Assembly: GCA_030390025.1 (NCBI GenBank)
Contig: CM059431.1
Coordinates: 115,198,001 to 115,262,000 of the forward strand
Direction: 5' to 3'
Source of the DNA: Squalus acanthias
Lineage: Eukaryota
Length of the DNA stretch: 64,000 bases
Numbering within the stretch: the stretch's first letter is position 1; each line of letters begins with the position of its first letter. This document shows positions 1-13,428 of the stretch, one piece after another. The notes under the pieces are model-generated. The model searched no databases. It was not told the DNA's origin and saw only the letters and a list, made by a program, of their open reading frames with translations. A program made the position numbers and the translations under genes.

Positions 1-1255
1 ACAGAAGAAGCGGCAACTGTGAATTAATTAGCCCCATGTAACAATTACATTCCTTGATTAACATCTCAGTTTTATGAACGACAGGGTCCTACTTGTTCTC
101 ACTTTCCACCCATTAACATTCACCAGATCAACGGGCGGGTGGGCACAAGGCACCTCTCGTGCAGCCCGACCTGATTGGCGACCTTTTGGTGGCGCTCCTC
201 AACTTCCATTCATTTCAGAAGAGCGATTCCCATTGGTACCAGTAATGGTGTTGGGAGTAAAAACAATTGGCACAAAGGCTCATGAGAACCTAAATACCGG
301 GGGAAGCAACAAAATGGGTTAGAAATAGACTAATAACTGTTGAAGTATTTTTTTCTTTTACTGGCCTTTGAACTTTCTTCTGCCCTTTTTCCATGCTCTT
401 ATGTCTTGTGAACTGGTGGATGCAGAGCAGTAATAGCAGGTAACTCAGTCCCATTGTGCATTTCCAGTATTTTCTATTTTTCTATTTAGCATTTTCATTC
501 TTTCTATAATTCTGCTGCTACTTTCTTTACTCCTTTGGGGAAAGAGGAACAAAATATGTGAAAGAGCAGAATTACAAGGTAAAATCTGCAGATGCCCAGC
601 AGCACTGTTCTCTCTTATTGATTTTATAGGATGATAAATCTGTAACTGTGCTCACTCCAGTTACCACTGGCAATAACTCTCAGACTTGCTCCATTTACAC
701 CTCACAACAGGGTGGGTCGAATAACCGCTTGGGCCTGCCTAATTGGCAAGAGAATTGATAAAGGAGAAATCCGAGGGCAATAAATAGACTATACTTGGTT
801 CAGGCACTGATATCCCGTAATATAAGACGCCCATCCATCCTGTCCTGTATCTAGCTCTTTGTTTGAGACTCATGCAAGCCATTTTCTTCTTTCTGCCTTT
901 TGAAGTACCAATTCATATTGTTTTTAAAAATTGTGGAGGAGTTGGTGACCTGTTAATGTGCTCTGCAAGAGGCTCGGGAAAGAGGGGCAAAGTAGGGGTT
1001 TGAGTGGTTATGTGTGGTGGGTGGGAGCTGAATGAGAGACAGTCAGACTATATAACTAGAAAAGGAAAGCTGACCCTAATTGGTCCAGATTGCAGTATCT
1101 TCTTTTAAATCACTATTCTCCCACTGTTTTCCTAGACTTTCTTGAACATATATACACCTTCATTTTCTCTCTCTCTCTCTCTCACACACATACACATATT
1201 TTCTTTTGTTTACAGTGTACAGAAAGAGCAGATTAAGTCTATCTCAAGATATTGG

Positions 1256-1530
1256 GTAAAGAAAGAACTTGCATTTCTATAGCGCCTTTCACAACCTCAG
1301 GACGTCCCAATGAGCTTTACAGCCAATGAAGTACTTTTGAAGTATAGTCACTGTTGTACGATAGGAAACACAGCAGTCAATTTGCACACAGCAAGCTCCC
1401 ACAAACAGCAATGAGGTAATAACCAGATAATCTGTTTTTTTGTGGTGTTGGTTGAGGGATAAATATTGGCCTGGACACCGGGGAGAACTCCCCTGCTCTT
1501 CTTCGAATGGGATCTTTTACGCCCACCTTA
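1256..1530 (-). mobile_element. 5'-truncated DeuSINE (SacSINE1-like) copy
   Basis: Matches the central and 3' part of the copies at 33514-33958 and 52107-52520 (GCACACAGCAAGCTCCCACAAACAGCAATG core; tail GCGCTATAGAAATGCAAGTTCTTTCTTT on minus). Confidence 0.8.
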
Positions 1531-2389
1531 AGCAATCTTCATCATGTATATTCTAAGCTAAGTAGAAATAGTAATTATGTTTGCCACATACGCAAGATAA
1601 AATATAACGTTGGAGAAGATGGCCTGTGACAGAGAGTACTGAATATCAGTAATTATGTCATAGACTTTTCCATTCCTTCCTTAATCTTTCTTCCTATTAG
1701 CTTCTATATACAATTGTTAACTTGGAACATTCATGTCTATGTACAAATTTTCATTGCACACTTATTAATCCCTGAAAAGATCATCAGGACTCTATGGTAT
1801 GGTCACCAAGGAGATGCTCATTTTAAAGGTATTAGAATAGAAATAATCACTTTACTTGCTGCCAGGATTAAAAAGGACTATCAGGGCACCCTTAACTCAG
1901 ACACGTCACATTTTCTTTTAAAAGTATTTTCATGTGTATACATAAGAGACAGGTGATAAATTTTGTGATGCAATACTGCATTCCTATTACACAGTCAGCT
2001 TGGTCAACAAATGTAAGGTATGCCAAACACCTTTGTATGATGACAGTGCCCCTTTAACCCCTGAAATACCTTTCTTTGACAGTTCCGTTTATGAACAGAG
2101 AACCACTGAACTAAACATGAGTGACAGAAATCAAATTTCTCATGCTGGTTAAGGCGCTTTAGATATGAACGATTTGAAAAACCTAATTAAAGTTAACATT
2201 CAGGTTTGTTGAGATTTTGTAGACTTAGAAACATGATAAAAGCAGATTTAATTACAAAACAAGTTCGAGCATTGAGGTATGAAAATATATATATTTTTAA
2301 TTTTCACTAATAACAAAAACTAAAATTTAAAAATATCATACGGATTGTTAATGTTGTCCTGTTCACATAAGAGCACAAGATAAGTTCAG

Positions 2390-3330
2390 ATGATGGAGAC
2401 CTTTGAGCCCATTTGATCTCTTCCTCCCTGTGTATCAACCTTACTGTCTTCCCACTTCCTATTACAGGGTTTAAATGAACCCAGTGTCTTACTTTCAACT
2501 GCTCTTCCTGCCAACCTGTTCCAGCTGTTTATCATCTATCTGTCTAAAGAAATACTTCCTGGCATCTGTCCTAAACTTGTTCTCACAACATTGAGCCTCT
2601 GCACTTTGGTCCTGTTGCTTTGGCATATCTGAAAGTATCCTTCTGGGTTTACTTCCTTTGACCTTAAGTATCTTATCGATCTCTATACTATCCCCCCTGA
2701 GACGTCTCTTTTTGAGACTGAAAAAGTCCTAATTTATCGAGTCAGTCCTTGTAGTTCATTCCTGTAACCCTGGGGATCTGTCTTGTTACTCTTCCCCCAC
2801 ACCACCCCTAGAACCTGCATCACCCCTATGCTGTGGCTACCTGGCCTATATCCAGTACAGCCAGGTACAGTCTGACCAGAGCACTGTGCAGCTTCAGAAT
2901 GACTTCTGAAGTTTTCAATTCAACTGTTTTAGCAATATAATCCCAACATCCTGTTTACTGTGATTATTGATAGCTTTCACTGTTCGAACGTAGTTACAAA
3001 GCGTCAACTAATACTCGTAGGGTTCCTTCACTTACCCCCTTGGTAAGTTTTATTTCATCCATGCAGTACATTTCCTCCTAGCTTTACTTCCAATATACAG
3101 TGCCTTGCATTTGTGTATGCAGAATTTCACTTTCCACTGATCAGCCCAAATGCAAACCCTGTCCAGGTCTCTTCATGAGATCTTGACTTGCCTCCTTTGA
3201 GTCTACAGTAGCTCCGAGTTCGGTGTCATTGGCGAATTTCGTTGCTTTGCACTGAGACTGTGAATCCAGGCCATGTAGGCTTGGAACAGGTGAGGTTTCA
3301 GCAGAGCCTTGTGACACCTCACTTACAATA
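2390..3330 (-). mobile_element. Highly degraded CR1-type LINE 3' fragment
   Basis: Minus strand shows relics of FANDT (AAATTCGCCAATGACACC, ~3225-3240) and FRTDARKYFF (~2545-2575); no intact ORF. Confidence 0.6.
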
Positions 3331-4488
3331 GCATGAGATGTTTTTTAGGGTTATTTATGCTCTGCTCCTCTCTGATTTTTTTCCTACAGCTTGTAGCTGA
3401 GGGGCCTGGCAAATTACCACTTTGCAGGCTACTGCAAGTGTCTCTCTTGAGTCAGCCAGGTGATAAATGTTCCTGTGATTTTTCTCTCCAGTTCTGTGAA
3501 GTACTGCCTCTGCTCTGGTACCTGTCATCAAGAACTCAGTGGATAGATAGACAGCAGTCTTTTGGTGCTCTAACCTACCCGGTTGCCTCACTGATAGACA
3601 ATATAATTTCTATTTATGCATTAAGAAAATTTGTCTATATTTGACAGATTCTAAAAATGAGTTATTAAACTAGCCAGTAAAATTTGTTGACAAGAAATGA
3701 CTGCTTGGGGGCAATTTTGCCGGCGCTCAGGGGTCAGGTTTGGAGGCGGGACTGCTGGCAAAATCAAAAGGATTTGCGCAGGGACCCGACACCTAGCAGC
3801 GGGAAGAGGATTATAGGTACTTAACTGCTTGTTAACAGGTAGTTAACAGGCAGTTAAGAGGCTTTCTCCAATTTTGCCAGGTTGACTGTGGGCTTCCCGA
3901 TGTCCGGACACCACGCCAAGGTAAGTGTGGCGTGTTGTGAGTCTACTGTAATGTTTCTTCATTGATGACAGCTGCAGAAGTGGTGTGAAGGATCCAATGG
4001 TACACTGGTGAGTTTCAGAGGTAAAGAAATGCTGGGAAAATCATTTTTAATGTATTTAGACTTTTCTGTAGGTAATAAGGTTTGAAGTGTTTGTGTAGTC
4101 CCACCTCATTGGGAGAACCTCTCACCAGTGATAGATCACTTCTGTAACCTCACCTGCAGCTGCCATCTGTTTTATCCAAAGGAGAGAGTCTCTGGAGAGC
4201 CTGGGTACAAGGGCACACCTTTGTACAGTGATTGTCAGTGTTTGCAGCACCTCAATGCTGTCAAACACTGAAAAATCATCTGTCAAACAAAAATGAGCGT
4301 GTCCCCTTTAAGAAAACCGGCAGATGACACGTCATCAACTGACGTCATCTGACACCGGCTTTCTCTTAATTGGCCGGCAAGCCCGCAGGGCGGGCTTAAC
4401 AAGGCCAATTGACGCAAAATAGTATCTGTGCGTCGGGCGTCGTTGGGGGTGGGATCGGAACCTGCAAGTCAGCTGACCCGCTCCCAAC

Positions 4489-5780
4489 CAATAACCTGCT
4501 CACTGATGCCCAGTTTGCGTTCCGCCAAGACCACTCGGCTCCCGACCTCATTACAGCCTGGTCCAAACATGGACAAAGGAGCTGAATTCCAGAGGTGAGG
4601 TGAGAGTGACTGCCCTTGACATCAAGGCAGCATTTGACCGAGTCTGGCATCAAGGAGCCCTAGTAAAACTGAAGTCAATGGGAATCGGGGGGAAAATGCT
4701 CCACTGACTGGAGTCATACCTAGCACAAAGGAAGATGGTTGTGGTGGTTGAAGGTCAATCATCACAGCCCCAGGACATCGCTGCAAGAGTTCCTCAGGGC
4801 CGTGTCCTAGGCCCAACCATCTTCAGCTGCTTCATCAATGACCTTCCCTCCAACATAAGGTCAGAAATGGGGATGTTCGCTGATGACTGCACAGTGTTCA
4901 GCGCCATTCACAACTCCTCAGATAATGAAGCAGTCCATGCCTGCATGCAACAAGACCTGGACGACGTTCAGGCTTGGGCTGATAAGTGGCAGGTAACATT
5001 CGCGCCACAGAAGTGCCAGGCAATTACTATCTCCAACAAGCGAGAGTCTAACCACCTCCCCTTGACATTCAATGTCATTACCATCACCGAATCCCCCACT
5101 ATCAACATCCTGGGGGTCACCATTAACCAGAAACTTAACTGGACCAGCCACGTAAATACTGTGGCAACAAGAGCAGGTCAGAGGCTAGGTATTCTGCGGC
5201 GAGTGTCTCACTTCCTGACTCCCCAAAGCCTTTCCACCATCTACAAGGCACAAGTCAGGAGTGTGATGGAATACTCTCCACTTGCCTGGATGAGTGCAGC
5301 TCCAACAACACTCAAGAAGCTCGACACCATCCAGGACAAAGCAGCCCGCTTGATTGGCACCCCATCCACCACCTTAAACATTCACCCCCTCCACCACTGG
5401 CATACCGTGGCTGCAGTGTGTACCATCTACAAGATGCACTGCAGCAACTCGCCAAGGCTTCTTCGGCAGCACCTCCCAAACCCGTGACCTCTTCCACCTA
5501 GAAGGACAAGGGCAGCAGGCAAATGGGAACGCCACCACCTCCAAGTTCCCCTCCAAGTCACACACCATCCTGAATTGGAAATATATCGCCGATCCTTCAT
5601 CGTCGCTGGGTCAAAATCCTGGAAATTACTACCTAACAGCACTGTGGGAGTACCTTCACCACATGGACTGCAGCGGTTCAAGAAGGCGGCTCACCACCAC
5701 CTTCTCAAGGGCAATTAGGGATGGGCAATAAATGCCGGCCTTGCTAGCGACGCCCACATCCCATAAACTAATTTTAAAAA
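4489..5780 (+). mobile_element. 5'-truncated CR1-clade LINE (RT-encoding 3' part plus 3' UTR and A-rich tail)
   Basis: RT motifs ALDIKAAFDRVWH, VPQGRVLGPTIF and FADDC; ends HHHLLKGN*. The same 3' end occurs at 9735-10010, 49487-49920 and 60385-62290. Confidence 0.95.
4735..5487 (+). pseudogene. CR1 ORF2 reverse transcriptase fragment
   Basis: 250-aa ORF with PQG..LGP and FADD motifs, bounded by premature TGA stops (~4704 and 5485), with a frameshift near 4560. Confidence 0.92.
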
Positions 5781-7367
5781 ACTCGCCTCTTCAGGTAAGA
5801 TCCCGGCCCTTGTGTTTTCAAAGCATGAACAGTTCATAGAAACTAATTATTAATCTGCTTGATGGATTTTGCTTTTAACAGCTGTTTTCTGTATTTGTGT
5901 AGATATAAAGTGCTGGAAAATTCTAGAATTAGTCAATATTCTGAAATTTGTCAACAAACTGTACTAAACTAGCTGTACTACACAAGTCAACAATAGATGT
6001 AAATAGCCCAGAATGTTGATTCAGCATATTTAGCAGCTAAATTTAATGTAGTTGACAAAGAATCCAACGCAAACAACTTCATGCAAATACATTTGGATTA
6101 ACCTAACATAGGCTCCAGAAACTATTGTGTGAATTTGATTCCCAATTCACTTTATACTTTGCTGTTGACACTATTATACTTTTCTTTCTACTGTAGCTGC
6201 CAGCCAGTCTGTGTCCATTCAAAGGTCTGTATACGTTTGTGTTCTAAAAAACAAACACTGTCTTTGACACGTAATTATTAACATGATCAAAGGGTTCTCG
6301 AACGGCAATTTTCTCAGATGAATGGTAACTTTTAAGCTGTTGGATCAGAGGTTGACTTTTTGAGTCACCAGTTACCAAATGAACAAAACGTGTACCAATT
6401 AAGTCTTGCTCTGATCAAAATAAGGCATCAGTAAGCAGTAAGTTGTAACACAGTCTAGATATTTGTGAATTTTCCTCTAGTAAACATTCACTTTCTGATT
6501 GTCTGGTATAACGTCATATGGTTATAATGAACATTCCACCATATTCTATGTGGCAATAGGGAGGCAGTGAGTGGTTAAAGCACTCCGCTGTGTCTCATGC
6601 TTTAATTGGCTCTTTCTCCCTAATTTCAGCAAAAAACATGCTGAGATGTTCATTATTACCATTTGTGAAGAGGACAAAAGCAAGCACAAGCAAACAGAAG
6701 CAGTTTAAGAACTTCTATCGGACTGTTTTTGCTCCGCTAGACTCATTCTCAGAGTGTCTACTCTCTTGGCACAAGCTCAGTCACTCTTACACCTTCAGAT
6801 GAGATTGTTTGATAACTAAGGCAACAATTAAGGGTAGGTTTTCTGAATGGTTACACCCAATTCTTGGGCCTTCAATAGACATAATCAATCAGAAAAAATG
6901 GTCAGGTAACTGTTACGCTTGATTTTTTTTTTCCCACCCATTTAGTGCCCCATCCAATTTTCTGGTCAAGTTTTGTACTGGCATCAAAAGCGCCCGCCAG
7001 CTTCCAGTTAGTCTCCGCATGCACTACTTATCTGTCTGCAGATGCAGTTATGCAGGTGCCGGCAGATAGGCCCAGAACATCTGTGGTGCCACAAGGCCTG
7101 CCTGGCATCCCTTCCCTTGGTCCTCCTCTCCTTCCATAAAGTGAGATGGGAATTCATAATGGGGAAAGCATTGGTGTGGGTAATGGAGCTGGAAGAAGCA
7201 GAGCAATTACTACAAAGGAACTTGACCGCCAAAGCGGAAGAAGAAGAAAATTAGGAAAATCGATACAGTAATGCCCTTTAAAAATGCTTCCATATACAGC
7301 TCATCCTAGCAACCTTGGATGTATATTATAAATAGACATCATTTCGACCTGACACTGTACCAGCAGA

Positions 7368-7740
7368 AGGGCCGGAAAATGATGCTGGTGACATTATTCG
7401 GGTGAATTTCTGAGGGAGTCCTGCTCGTCTGCTGTAACTTCGGCAGAAGAACCATGGAAACACTGGAAAAAATGGCGTAAACACAATTTATGCTGTTCCT
7501 CCATGGTTTCCGTGGCTCTTCCACTGAAGTTACGGCAACGAGCAGCAGCCCCCATTCCCCGGTGGAAGTTTACCCCTATGACATCACTTCTGCATCATTT
7601 AAATATTGTTTTGAAACTTCCACCTATTTGGGTAGGAGCTTCCACTGCCCACCTGAAGCCTCACTGGAAACTTGAGCAGCATGTGCAAAATGGCAGAGAT
7701 CCATTGGGCCGTTTTAACACTCTATCACACCCCATCTGCA
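7368..7740. mobile_element. Degraded MITE-like element
   Basis: Starts GGGCCGGAAAAT, resembling the Harbinger-type TIRs elsewhere in the window; the right end is unclear. Confidence 0.35.
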
Positions 7741-7779
7741 ATTACTTTGGATATCACCACAATACTACTGCAGCTGTCC

Positions 7780-8560
7780 ATTTGCTCAATCACTCCCTCA
7801 CCTCCACTATTGCTACGCTTGTCACCAGCAAAACCTTTACACTCTCCTATCCTGGTCTTTCCCTCAGTATGATCTCCACCTTCGCTCCCTCAAGCCCAAG
7901 GGACATGGACTTGAGCGTACCTTACGCACAACTGGTTCAGCTATCCATCACCAAATCAGGCTGAACCACATCAAGTGCTATCAGGCCTCACTCCCCTCGG
8001 TCAAAACCACCTACTACTCCAAGATTATCCTCGAGAGTGAAGATAACTCCCAGCTTCTTTTCTCCACTACCAACCATCTCTTTAACCCATCTCCTCTGTT
8101 TCCGCCACCCTCACCTCCAACACCAAGTGTGAGCAGCTCATGGACTTCTTTGTCACTAAGATTGAGACAATCCATTCAGCTGATTCTGCTACTTCCACCT
8201 TCTTCCCCTTGCCCACCAAGCAAAACCTTCCCCAGGCTACCCCCACCCTAACACTGAACCCGCATCTCTCCCTAGCTTCTCTCCCATCTCCCCTCAAGTC
8301 CTCATCAAGCTTATCTCATCCATGAGACCCACCTTCTGCTCCCTTGACCCCATTCACACTAAACTGCTGACCACCCAAATTCCCTTTGTAGCCCCCATGC
8401 TTGATGAAATTGAAAATGATTCCCTATCCTCGAGTACCTTCCCTTTCAAATCAACCATCACCATTCCCTCCTCAAAAACAACACTCTTTTCCCATCTGTT
8501 CTTGCAAGCTACTGTCCATTGTCAATCTCCCTTTCCTCTCCAAAATACTTGAATACATTG
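7780..8560 (+). mobile_element. Degraded L2-clade LINE ORF2 fragment
   Basis: Translated relics DFFVTKIETI and MRPTFCSLDPIHTKLL, typical of the L2 ORF2 pre-RT region. Confidence 0.75.
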
Positions 8561-8799
8561 GTGCCCAAAATGGAATCTCTACCTGTTCTTAGGGTCCTTT
8601 GGACAGAATTCCCAGGATTGCCTGGGATAGCCCCCAGAAATGCCCCAAATGTGCTGGATTAACATAATAACAACAACAACTTGCATTAATATAGTGTCTT
8701 TATTGCAGAAAAATGTCCCAAATGGGATGAAAATCAGGCAAGTTCCTGTGAAAATTTACCTCCAAGAATGAAGAGTTGCTCAATGCAGAGGCTGAGGGA

Positions 8800-9340
8800 A
8801 TAAAGAAGAGCGGATATCTTGGGGAGAAACCCAGGATGGGTCTTGGAAGGGTGGTAGTCAACGATGGTCTTAAGGGGAGGTGAGAGGGGTGGAACAGGCT
8901 GTGGTGCTGAAAAGGAGGAGAAGGTGCTAGAAGAGTAGAGGAGAAATCAAGGTGTGATTTGCAGATGAGGGCTACACCATCGTGGCAGTTTGGCATAATA
9001 GTGGAAAGTACAACCAGGTAGGGAGGCTTCAGTAAGGGACAAGGTGCCATCATTTATGAGCCAAGTTTTAGTCAAAGCCAGGATGTCAAAACGATTATCC
9101 ACAATAAGGTTATGGATGGCAAAGGCCTTGTTTGGGAATGAGCAATATTCTGAGGGAAATCGAAAGAGGAGCGGTGATTGTTGATCCCCTGGCACAGACC
9201 AAGGAAGCAATAGAGAGTGGGGTGAGTGGGACAGGAAGGAAGTTGGTGACCTTAGCCCCTACTGTGTAGACTGGGCTGGAAGGTCAGTGAGAGAGGGGGA
9301 TGGAGCAGTGGGATTGCTGCTCATAAGGAGGCAGTGAAGG
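8800..9340 (-). mobile_element. Degraded L2 endonuclease-region fragment
   Basis: NKAFAIHNLIVDNRFDILALTKTWL resembles the APE-type endonuclease motif (DILALTETWL). Confidence 0.7.
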
Positions 9341-9734
9341 GTGTCTCGATGGACCTTTTGGAGAATGCTGACAGAAGCACAGAGGGCAGCTGTGGGCTTA
9401 TTCAAGGGGCAGAAAGAAGTGGCCACACCATGGAGCTCAATTTGTTCAGGTTCTTTAAAGGGGTGGACACCCAATGGATCCAGATTCTACCCAAATTCAT
9501 GCAATTTCTGGGCTCTCAACTCCAAGTTACTATTTGGGTTTCAGACTATGATCTGAGGTGCTTCTTGGCCAGCTCAAAGTCACAGGCCGATTTTGCTAAG
9601 TTTGACATATTTTGTATTCCAAAGGGACATTAGATTTAGCAAAATTAACATGCAAATCCAGTATCCATTTGGAATACTAAACAGTGTAAGAGCTATCATG
9701 TGGATAGATGGCATGGGAAAACAGAAGTGTTTTA

Positions 9735-10010
9735 TTTTATTAATTCCTGGGATGTGGGCGTCGCTGGCAAGGCCAGCATTTATTGCCCATCCCTAATTAC
9801 CCTTGAGAAGGTGGTGGTGAACTGCCACCTTGAACCGCTGCAGTCCTTGTGGTGAAGGTACTCCCACAGTGCTGTTAAGGAGGGAGTTCCAGGATTTTGA
9901 CCCAGCGATGATGAAGGAACAGTGATATATTTCCAAGTCAGGATGGTGTGCAACTTGGAGGGGAACTTGCAGGTGATGGTGTTCCCATGCACCTGCTGCT
10001 CTTGCCCTTG
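9735..10010 (-). mobile_element. CR1 3'-end fragment (same family as 4489-5780)
   Basis: Translates to RAAGAWEHHHLQVP...HHHLLKGN and is near-identical to 5505-5770. Confidence 0.9.
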
Positions 10011-10479
10011 TCACATGGGCGTAGCAACAAGCGCTCTCATGAGGCTTTGATTGAGAAGGCTTTCCTCTGAGTTTAGTTGTACTTTGCTTATCCCGGGAGT
10101 GCTTAAAACTGATGTTGAGTGCAAAGAAGAAAAATATTCCCTTTCCCTGACCCCGGGTGCCTTCACTTTCATCAGAACAAAATTCTCCACAGAATAATTT
10201 TCCATTTGGGATCTTTTACATAGGGAATAACCAACAGTTGGGATTAAATTGCATGCAAGGTTGTAACACTTGAGTGGTTCAGATGACATCTTAAACTGTC
10301 ATTGAGCCGCTAAAGTAATTTACGCAGCCATTCAAAGCCCGGCACTGTTACTGTTTTGAACAGATTCTCGAGCATTGTAGGGTGATCGGTTTAGTTAAGC
10401 ACTGGAGGATTACTGATGGCAATTTTTAAAAATCTTGTTTGTTTTCTCCTCTCCTGTAGGCCGTGACTCATGCTGGAAT

Positions 10480-10820
10480 ATGGTTCTTGGCTGGAGCAGA
10501 GATCGCATCATATCAAAGGTAAGTGGATTAACAGTTAATGTACACATGGCCAATGTGATCTCCTGGACTGGTTTTGATTGCCCGAGGGGGTCGGAGTGGA
10601 ATTTTCCAGAGGTTTTTTTCCCTCATTGGCTCTGTGTTTTCCCCTCTCCTAGGAGATCACATGGTTACGGGAAAGAGGTTGGGGGGGTGTGGTGGGGGGT
10701 GTGCTGGTGGTTGGTGGTGGTGGTTAGGACATGTTTAGTCATGATGCCTGGGGCATCATGAGTGTGGGGCAGGTTTCATGGACCAATTAGTCTTTTCCGG
10801 CCTGTCATTTTTGTATGTTT
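10480..10820 (+). repeat. Interspersed repeat, probably a CR1-type 3' UTR; second copy at 25585-26365 is split by an L2
   Basis: Shared GTG(A/G)TCTCCTGGACT(G/A)GTTTTGATTGCC...CCTAGGAGAT segment at 10555-10660 and 25670-25790. Confidence 0.6.
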
Positions 10821-11229
10821 GCAAATACTGGCAGTCTTCCTAAGTAGCTATTCTTTATGTGTGAGTCTAGAGTGTGGGTGTCAGTAGACTATTTAACCTT
10901 GCAGGTGGGGATCCCAGCTGAGCCCATCCTCCCCTCACCCAAAGTCCATCCAGGCAAGCTTTCCATCGATCACCGGACAGCAATCTTGAGTAGAAACACT
11001 GCCTGATTTTAACCTTCTCTGGCTCAGTGATACCAAGAGATCTCCTCCAACAGCTGACTCAACACAGACTCACATAGACATTGGAGGAACTACTGGTGGA
11101 GTTTTTCTATCTGGGTGTGAATCTTTCCATACCACAGTTGACACTTAGCCATCAACCTTATAACCATTTATAGAATTAAATAGAATTTACAGAAACAGGT
11201 AATTCAGCCCAACAGGCCCATGCTGGAGA

Positions 11230-11600
11230 GCATTAGAATAGTCATCTGGAGGTAACAAAAGCATGGATGAGGGTTTCAGCAGCAGATGAGCTAAGGCACA
11301 GACGGAGATGGGCAGATATTATGGAGGTGGAAGTAGGCGATCTTGGTGATGGAGAGGATATGGGGCTGTATGTTCAGCTCAGCGTTAAATAGGATGCCGA
11401 GGTTGCAAACAGTCTGGTTCAGCCTCAGACAGTGGCCGGGGAAGGGGATGAAATCGATGGCTAGGGAACGGAGTTTGTGGCGGGGACCGAAGACAATGGC
11501 TTCGGTCTTCCCAATATTTAATTGGAGCCAATTTCTGCTCATCCAATACTGAATGTCGGACAAGCAGCACAACAAATCAGATACAGTGGAGAGAGGTGGT
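11230..11600 (-). mobile_element. L2 LINE RT C-terminal fragment
   Basis: LSDIQYWMSRNWLQLNIGKTEAIVFG...NLGILF...IAYFHLHNI. Confidence 0.88.
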
Positions 11601-11879
11601 GGTGAGGTAGAGCTTGGCTTCTTCTGCGTACATGTGGAATCTCCATTCCAGTTCAACTGTTCCCCCTCCCCACCACCCCACCCCCCCCCCCCCACCCCCC
11701 ACCATCCACCTGTTTTTTGCCAGGTTGGGGGAATTAAAATTAACCCCATAATAACTGCGCTGCTTCTATTTGTATTTTTAAATCTCTTGGTATTTCAGAC
11801 TTCCAATAATATGCTTTAAGAAAAACAGACTTAACTCAAGACACGGATCTATATCAAGAATATGAAGAAAGTCATATTA

Positions 11880-12803
11880 AGTCATATATCCAAATTTGCC
11901 GATGACACAAAGATAGGCGGCATTGTAGGCAGTGTAGATGAAAGCATAAAATTACAAAGGGATATCGATAGATTAAGTGAATGAGCAACACTGTGGCAAA
12001 TGGATTTCAATGTAGGCAAATGTGAGGTCATCCACTTTGGACCTAAATAGGAAAGAACAGGGTACTTTCTAAATGGTGAAAGGCTAAAAACAGTGGAGGT
12101 CCAAAGAGACTTAGGGGTCCAGGTACATCGATCATTAAAATGTCATGAACAGGTACAGAAAATAATCAAAAAGGCTAATGGGATGCTGGCCTTTATATCT
12201 AGAGGACTAGAGTACAAGGGGTTAAAAGTTATGCTACAGCTATACAAAACCCTGGTTAGAGCACACCTGGAGTACTGTGAGCAGTTCTGGGCACCACACC
12301 TTAGGAAGGATATATTGGCCTTGGAGGGAGTGCAGCGTAGCTTTACCAGAATGATACCCGGACTTCAAGGGTTAAATTACGAGGAGCAATTACACAAATT
12401 AGAGTTGTACTCCCTAGAATTTAGAAGGTTAAGGGGTGATCTGATCAAAGTTTTCAAGATATTAAGGGGAACAGAGAGGGTAGATAGAAAGAAACTATTT
12501 CCACTGATTGGGGAGTCTGGGACGAGGGGCACAGTCTAAAAATTAGAGCCAGACCTTTCAGGAGTGAAATTAGGAAACACTTCTACACACAAAGGGTGGT
12601 AGAAGTTTGGAACTCTCTTCCACAAACAGCAATTGATGCTAGGTCAATTGTTCATTTTAAATCGGAGATTGATAACTTTCTGTTAACCAGAGGTATTAAG
12701 GGATATGGGCCAAAGGTGGGTATATGGAGTTAGGTCGCAGATCAGCCATGATCTCATTGACAGACTCGAGGGGCTGAATGCCCTACTCCTGTTCCTATGT
12801 TCC
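11880..12803 (+). mobile_element. 5'-truncated vertebrate-type CR1 (HER1-like) LINE
   Basis: SKFADDTK, RDLGVQVH, LYKTLVRAHLEYC and RRLRGDLI motifs; tail CCTACTCCTGTTCCTATGTTCCT; in-frame stops. Confidence 0.93.
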
Positions 12804-13428
12804 TCAGACACCAAATTCAGGATTATAACTATAAAGTGAATGCATACAATTGTAAGTCAATCATCTATTGAAACCTTTGGAAATTTATTTTTCAGTTTAG
12901 TGCATTCAATTTTGAGAATCAAATACTGACAAAACTCTGATTAATGATTAACGACAGGTGAGTCAATGTGATTGGAATCAGACAGGTGTAAGCAGAGTGC
13001 TTCACTCCCCAGTCGTATTCTGGAGAAAGCACAGCACGTGCGTGGTGCTAGCAATTTGATACCATCCGGCGTATGAACTGGCTCGGGGGCAGAGGTGAGC
13101 TTAAACACTTAACTAGGCTTATGACAGTCGTCCTAGTTGCTGACCTTTGAAAACCTAGTCCAGTGAAAGGAGAGGAGGCCATCACACTGATAGCTGGGAA
13201 AGGATTACCAGTATTGTTCTGTTAGTCTCCAGCCAATACCCAGGCACAGACAACTGCTCCAAACTTCGATTCACAAGCCCTTCAGTAAAGGAATGAAGCA
13301 TTATTCTCAGAACAACCTGGAGTCCAAATAAACTCGAGTCTTAATATATGTGACTGAGTTGCTCAAAATTTTAAATGGTTTTATAATGTACATAGGAAGT
13401 TGTAATATTAGCCACTTGTTTTAATAAT

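Larger units (their letters stand above)
3706..5808. mobile_element. Non-autonomous Harbinger-type DNA element interrupted by a CR1 insertion
   Basis: 3706-4490 is the reverse complement of 18965-19783. The terminal remnant CAGGTAAGATCCCGGCC resumes after the CR1 at 5781-5808. Confidence 0.75.

Noticed and set aside
628..716. Possible exon (TTTTATAG|...CAGG|GTGGGT)
   Set aside because: Weak donor, no recognisable peptide and no partner exons.
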